From the NCBI GenBank assembly GCA_002269645.1, contig NIVC01002947.1, positions 1 through 64,000 on the forward strand: DNA of 64,000 bases, given 5' to 3'. The position numbers and the translations under genes were made by a program. Every line of letters begins with the position of its first letter. Within the stretch, counting starts at the first letter, position 1. A model generated the notes under the pieces. The model did no database searches. It saw only the letters and a list, made by a program, of their open reading frames with translations, and was not told where the DNA came from. This DNA is from Macrostomum lignano. Lineage: Eukaryota. Below are positions 59,532 through 64,000 of this stretch, in pieces.

Positions 59532-61712
59532 ATTAGCTTTAGGTCTGCGTCTGCTTTCTATCAAAAGCAATAACAATTTTATTATGAAAAAAGTCAAAAT
59601 TTCCTATCTTCGTACTGAATTTTTCGGCAAAACAAGCCTCCTTAACTTTTTCTAAGAAGCGTAGTTTCCCATCCTTAACTTGAGTTGAGTTTAGTCTTCT
59701 AAGAGTCTGAAAGAGTTGTGACGGGGGACTTGTGGAAAACTTCATTGTTTTACTATCATTTTTACTATCAGTAGACTACTACGTAAGTGTATCATATTTT
59801 GTATGAATTCTGTGTACGAGTACATTCATTGAATCGGCTTTTATATGTCGGCAAGTGATGAATTTTTAACAAATCAATAATTTGCCCAGCGCCCATCGTA
59901 ACTCTCAGCCAATTACAATTCGCTGTATCATCTATCGTTTTATATTAACTGTTCGTTTTTCGTCGCTACTCAAAAACAAATAAAAAACTTGGCCAACTAA
60001 GCAAGCAAAATATATCAATTCAATTGAATATTGGACTGCGCTATACTTGCATTTTTCTTCGGTCTTGTTCGGTCTTGTTCTGCCAAGGACTGCCAGATTA
60101 GATTCGTCACAGAGTCTTCTTCACACGCTGTCTCTTTAAATTGGCGCCTTTCAAAAAGCTAATTGTTGACTCAAAGCCGTGACTAATCTGACACTACGTA
60201 TTAGGCCGTGGAATGATTGCTAAACCCTACACAAAAATTACCGAAGCGAAAACTAAAGTTTTTGTTACTAGCCAGCCTATGAACATATGACCTACACAAT
60301 TAAAAATGCAATATCAAGACGCATGCTTGATAAACTCGAGTATTAAGACTGTATGTTCATTCAGTGATTCTGCGTGCGAGTTAAAGTTCATGAAAATTTC
60401 GTGCCTAAATTTAGTAGCTGTTATTATGCTTTAGACCCCAATGTATGCATATACCGCTCAAACAGCAGAAAACTTAGAATTGCGCAGCATCTACGAATGA
60501 GTTCAGCTCGAAATTCGATCGTCGCGCGTTTTTGTGTAATGTATATACGTTGCACTGAACACTCGTACATTTTTTGTATTATTACAAGTAAAAATATTAC
60601 GCGTCATTTCGCCCAAAAGTAATCAAAAAATCATTCGGCATAATTATTTAAAATCTAGAGGGCAATAGCTTTTCCAGCAGTTCTAAAGTTTAAATTCAAA
60701 TTGAACGTTTCTACGATTCCTATAAGGACGTATGTTTTTTGCATAGGGATGATAGCTCTCAAATTTCAGAAGCCCATATTGATGTTGGTTTCGTGACCTT
60801 TCTAGCCCTCCAAGAAATTTAACAGTATGAAAAATTTTCTACGAGTAGTTGACAAACTCGATGCTTCATATGACAATGTCTTTTGTCCATCCAATTTTTA
60901 TCTCAAGAAAAGCAACTCATTAAAAGTCGATTCTTAAAAGCGCAATTCTCATTCATACGGCAATTCAATGTCGGACAGCTCACTGCTACATTTTAGACAA
61001 ATTAATTTAACATACAGCACAGGTATTAACTGTGTAGTTTGTGTATATTTGAACCAGTTTTAATAAGCACTCCAACAATTCTAACAAAGTATAACTTAAC
61101 TTTTTATCAATTCTCTTTACGAATTTAAAATTAGTGGAACAGAGAACTAAAGTGACAATTTACGTACTAGCAGTAGTATTGCTAATGATAATAAGTATAA
61201 CAAAGTTATAACCTGTAAATACAAACGAATAAGTATGCTTGAATCTAGAGAAAACCACTCTAATTTAACAAACAAGACGAACAGTAGCGATTGGACAGGG
61301 AGCGCGGACACTACAGGCCATGATGCGCTCAAATCTCGAACACCAGAAACAGCAAATTGGCAACTTTGTAAGCTTGCGATTCCTAGCTATTTAAGCAATT
61401 ATGGTGAGTAGATTTCCAGTCACTTCACCTCGGTCTCGAGCTAGCAGATGGGGCGGTCAATGCAGAGAGGGGAACAGAAAAGCAAAAAAGCAACAACAGC
61501 AAAATGTGGAAAGAAAACTAGAAGAGAGCAAAACCAGGGAAGATTGGAAACATTCAACAGAATTAAACAGCGATAAGAAATTTTAAACGAGAAACATCGA
61601 GTGACAATGATAGACCAACAGCCTCAGCAATATTCATCAGAGACCTGACGCTTTCTAATATAAGTTTAACGCTTTTCACTAAAACCATCAAAACTCATCA
61701 TGACTTGTCAGC

Positions 61713-63295
61713 TTACTCAATCAGCTTCTTGGCCTTGAAGTAGCGGCGCAGGTAGAGAACTTGCCAGGTGGCCAGGCCCAGCAGGCACAGCATGGAGAAC
61801 ACGGAGAAGTACAGCACTCGGGAGTGGGTGGACTCTGCGCGGGCAGTTGCGGTGACAGCAATGTTAGATTAGATCCAGTATTGAACTTCAATGAAAACGG
61901 CACATAAATGAAATCTGAATTTGAATTTAGATCTAATTAGATTCTAGATCTACAATCTCGCCTAACTAGATCTACAATCTCACATAATTAGATCTACAAT
62001 CTCGCCTAACTAGATCTACAATCTCACATAATTAGATCTACAATCTCACATAATTAGATCTAAAATCTCGCCTAACTAGATCTACAGCCTTATCTAATTA
62101 GATCTACAGATCTTACCTAAATAGATCTACAGCCTTATCTAATTAGATCTACAGATCTTACCTAAATAGATCTACAGATCTTACCTAAATAGATCTACAG
62201 ATCTTACCTAAATAGATCTACAGATCTTACCGAAATAGATCTACAGATCTTACCTAAATAGATCTATAGATCTTACCTAATTAGATGTACAGATCTTACC
62301 TAATTAGATCTACAGTCTCATCTAACTAGATTTACAGATCTTACCTAAATAGATCTATAGATCTTACCTAATTAGATGTACAGATCTTACCTAATTAGAT
62401 CTACAGATCTTACCTAATTAGATCTACAGATCTTACCTAAATAGATCTACAGTCTCATCTAACTAGATTTACAGACCTTACCTAATTATACGTACAATCT
62501 CACCTAATTAGATCTACAATCTTATCTAATTAGATCATGCTTGGGCGCAACCTTGGGATTCACTCGGCCGTTTCTATTGGCAACACACACATGTAAGTCG
62601 CTATTGGACGGAATAGTAGTCACGTGACTGCTCTCAGCCAATAGCGACTTACATGTGTGTGTTGCCAATAGAAACGGCCGGGTGATTCCCAAAGTTGCGC
62701 ATGTATGTTGATCAACAGATCTCACCTAATTATATCTACAATCTCACATTAAACAAAAATCCCATCTAATGGTGATGATATTGATTAAAACAGAAATAAT
62801 GTCTACAAGCTCATCTCATGCATTCTGCCAGTCCAACCCGCAAACTTGCAAGGAAGCTGTGCCTCTCACCGTTGGTGTCCCGCATGGCCTCCTCCCTGGA
62901 GCGCATGTAGGCGAAATCGTTAACAATGGATTCGCTCAGATCTTCCAAGCGCTTCAGTTCAACCTCCAGCGGCTTCAGCTTCTGAGCTTTGGCGATCTGC
63001 AGTTTAAGCATTGATTGAGTATTGTCAGTCTTGGCAGCTAATTATCAATATTCTGTTTACAAATTAGCAGCATCTCGTAGGGTTGAAGCTGCTCGCTCAC
63101 CTCGTCGTAGTTCTTGGCCTCGGCGCCGTGGCGCACGTCGACGTAGACCTCCAAATCGGCGCCGCGGCCGCCGCCCTCCATGTGCGATTCGAAGCAGACG
63201 TCAAACAGGTCGTACTCGTCAGAGTTGAAGGCAAATTTGCCCTCGCCTTTGGCGTTGTCCTTGTTGAAGAACACGTGCTTCTTGGAGTCGGTAAC
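61713..63295 (-). CDS. TMED10: p24-delta cargo receptor, last three exons: complement(join(61713..61834,62870..62996,63101..63295)); 5' exon(s) not identified in window
   Basis: [18 protein letters not shown]...[10 protein letters not shown]|[42 protein letters not shown]|[15 protein letters not shown]...[20 protein letters not shown]. Confidence 0.95.
61930..62535. repeat. About 23-bp AGATCT-containing minisatellite (TTACCTAAATAGATCTACAGATC) in the TMED10 last intron
   Basis: Directly visible. Confidence 0.92.
62545..62700. mobile_element. Foldback element/MITE, 63-bp inverted arms around a 30-bp core
   Basis: 62545-62607 and 62638-62700 are near-perfect reverse complements. The core contains the palindrome AGTCACGTGACT. 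No clear TSD. Confidence 0.78.
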
Positions 63296-63924
63296 CTACA
63301 TTTGAGAGATTGTTAATCATTAACATCTGGGTTTTCAAGCGTCAGAATCACAGTGCCATTTGGCATCCTTGGTCCAAATTCAGGGTGCTGGCTGGCACTA
63401 GTAGAAAAATTACAATACCTCCTACTCTACCCTGTACACTGCTGAGCCTCTCTGACCTACAGAAGCTGTGCAGGTGTTTACCCAAAATTGATAATCAATA
63501 GAAGTTTTGAAATCCGAAGAATCTTAACAATTATTAAATTATTGATACTTTAAAGAACTACGAATTACAGAAAAGATTGTTGAACTCAACTAAATTACAT
63601 CTGGCTTAGAAACAATGTATTGTTAATTCGGCATCTGGGGTATAAATTCAGGATGCCAAAACTAAAGCTTCCTATTCCTAATAAGATTAACAATTCATCC
63701 CTATAAAAAGAAGACCAAGACTTATGATATTATAGAACTAATGAAGCATATACTCATATACCTTTGTTGGAGCAAATCGAAAATTGTATATAAAAGTACT
63801 AGTATATAAGCAAAATTTGATACTAGGCAAAAAACTACACCTTTTTACCTTTGGCTTTGTATTGCTTATTGGCAACAAACATTTGTTGTGTTTTGATGTT
63901 ACTGTTTTGTTGTTTACTGTTTCT

Positions 63925-64000
63925 AGTGGCAACATACACACATGTAAGTCACTATTGGTGACTCAGAATAGTAGTCACGTGATTGCTCTCAGCCAATAGC
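63925..64000. mobile_element. Second copy of the 62545-62700 foldback element, cut by the window end
   Basis: TGGCAACA..CACATGTAAGTC.CTATTGG...AATAGTAGTCACGTGA.TGCTCTCAGCCAATAGC is shared. Confidence 0.78.

Noticed and set aside
61713-63295. TMED10 as first gene of the operon
   Set aside because: Same strand, but about 9.6 kb away across transposon debris and an AT-rich region that could be the cluster promoter. No supporting evidence.

Overview
Eukaryotic, intron-containing animal DNA. GC-rich exons, minisatellite-filled introns and an operon-like gene cluster resemble a free-living flatworm such as Macrostomum; this is an inference, not a search result. The first 25.5 kb is one 22-bp satellite array (about 1,150 units) that ends just before a 3' splice site of a fibrinogen-domain gene. 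Next come a PDZ-LIM gene (+), a calmodulin-dependent phosphodiesterase PDE1 (+, one apparent frameshift) and a tight minus-strand cluster TMEM70-MTG2-UVSSA-NUP85. A Helitron-derived block follows (helicase tail, RPA70-like genes, OTU remnant), then two MITE types and the last three exons of TMED10 (-). Exon boundaries were read by hand from GT/AG sites and checked for frame. Protein identities come from recalled family motifs, not database searches. Most interesting: (i) a probable four-gene trans-spliced operon in which MTG2 has no genomic ATG and may use the spliced-leader AUG; (ii) a 3' splice site amplified about 15 times as a minisatellite in MTG2; (iii) two Helitrons joined head-to-tail, carrying an intron-containing RPA70-like gene broken by a single stop; (iv) a tRNA-derived SINE with an expanded (CTAA)n tail. 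No CRISPR, rRNA or functional tRNA was seen.
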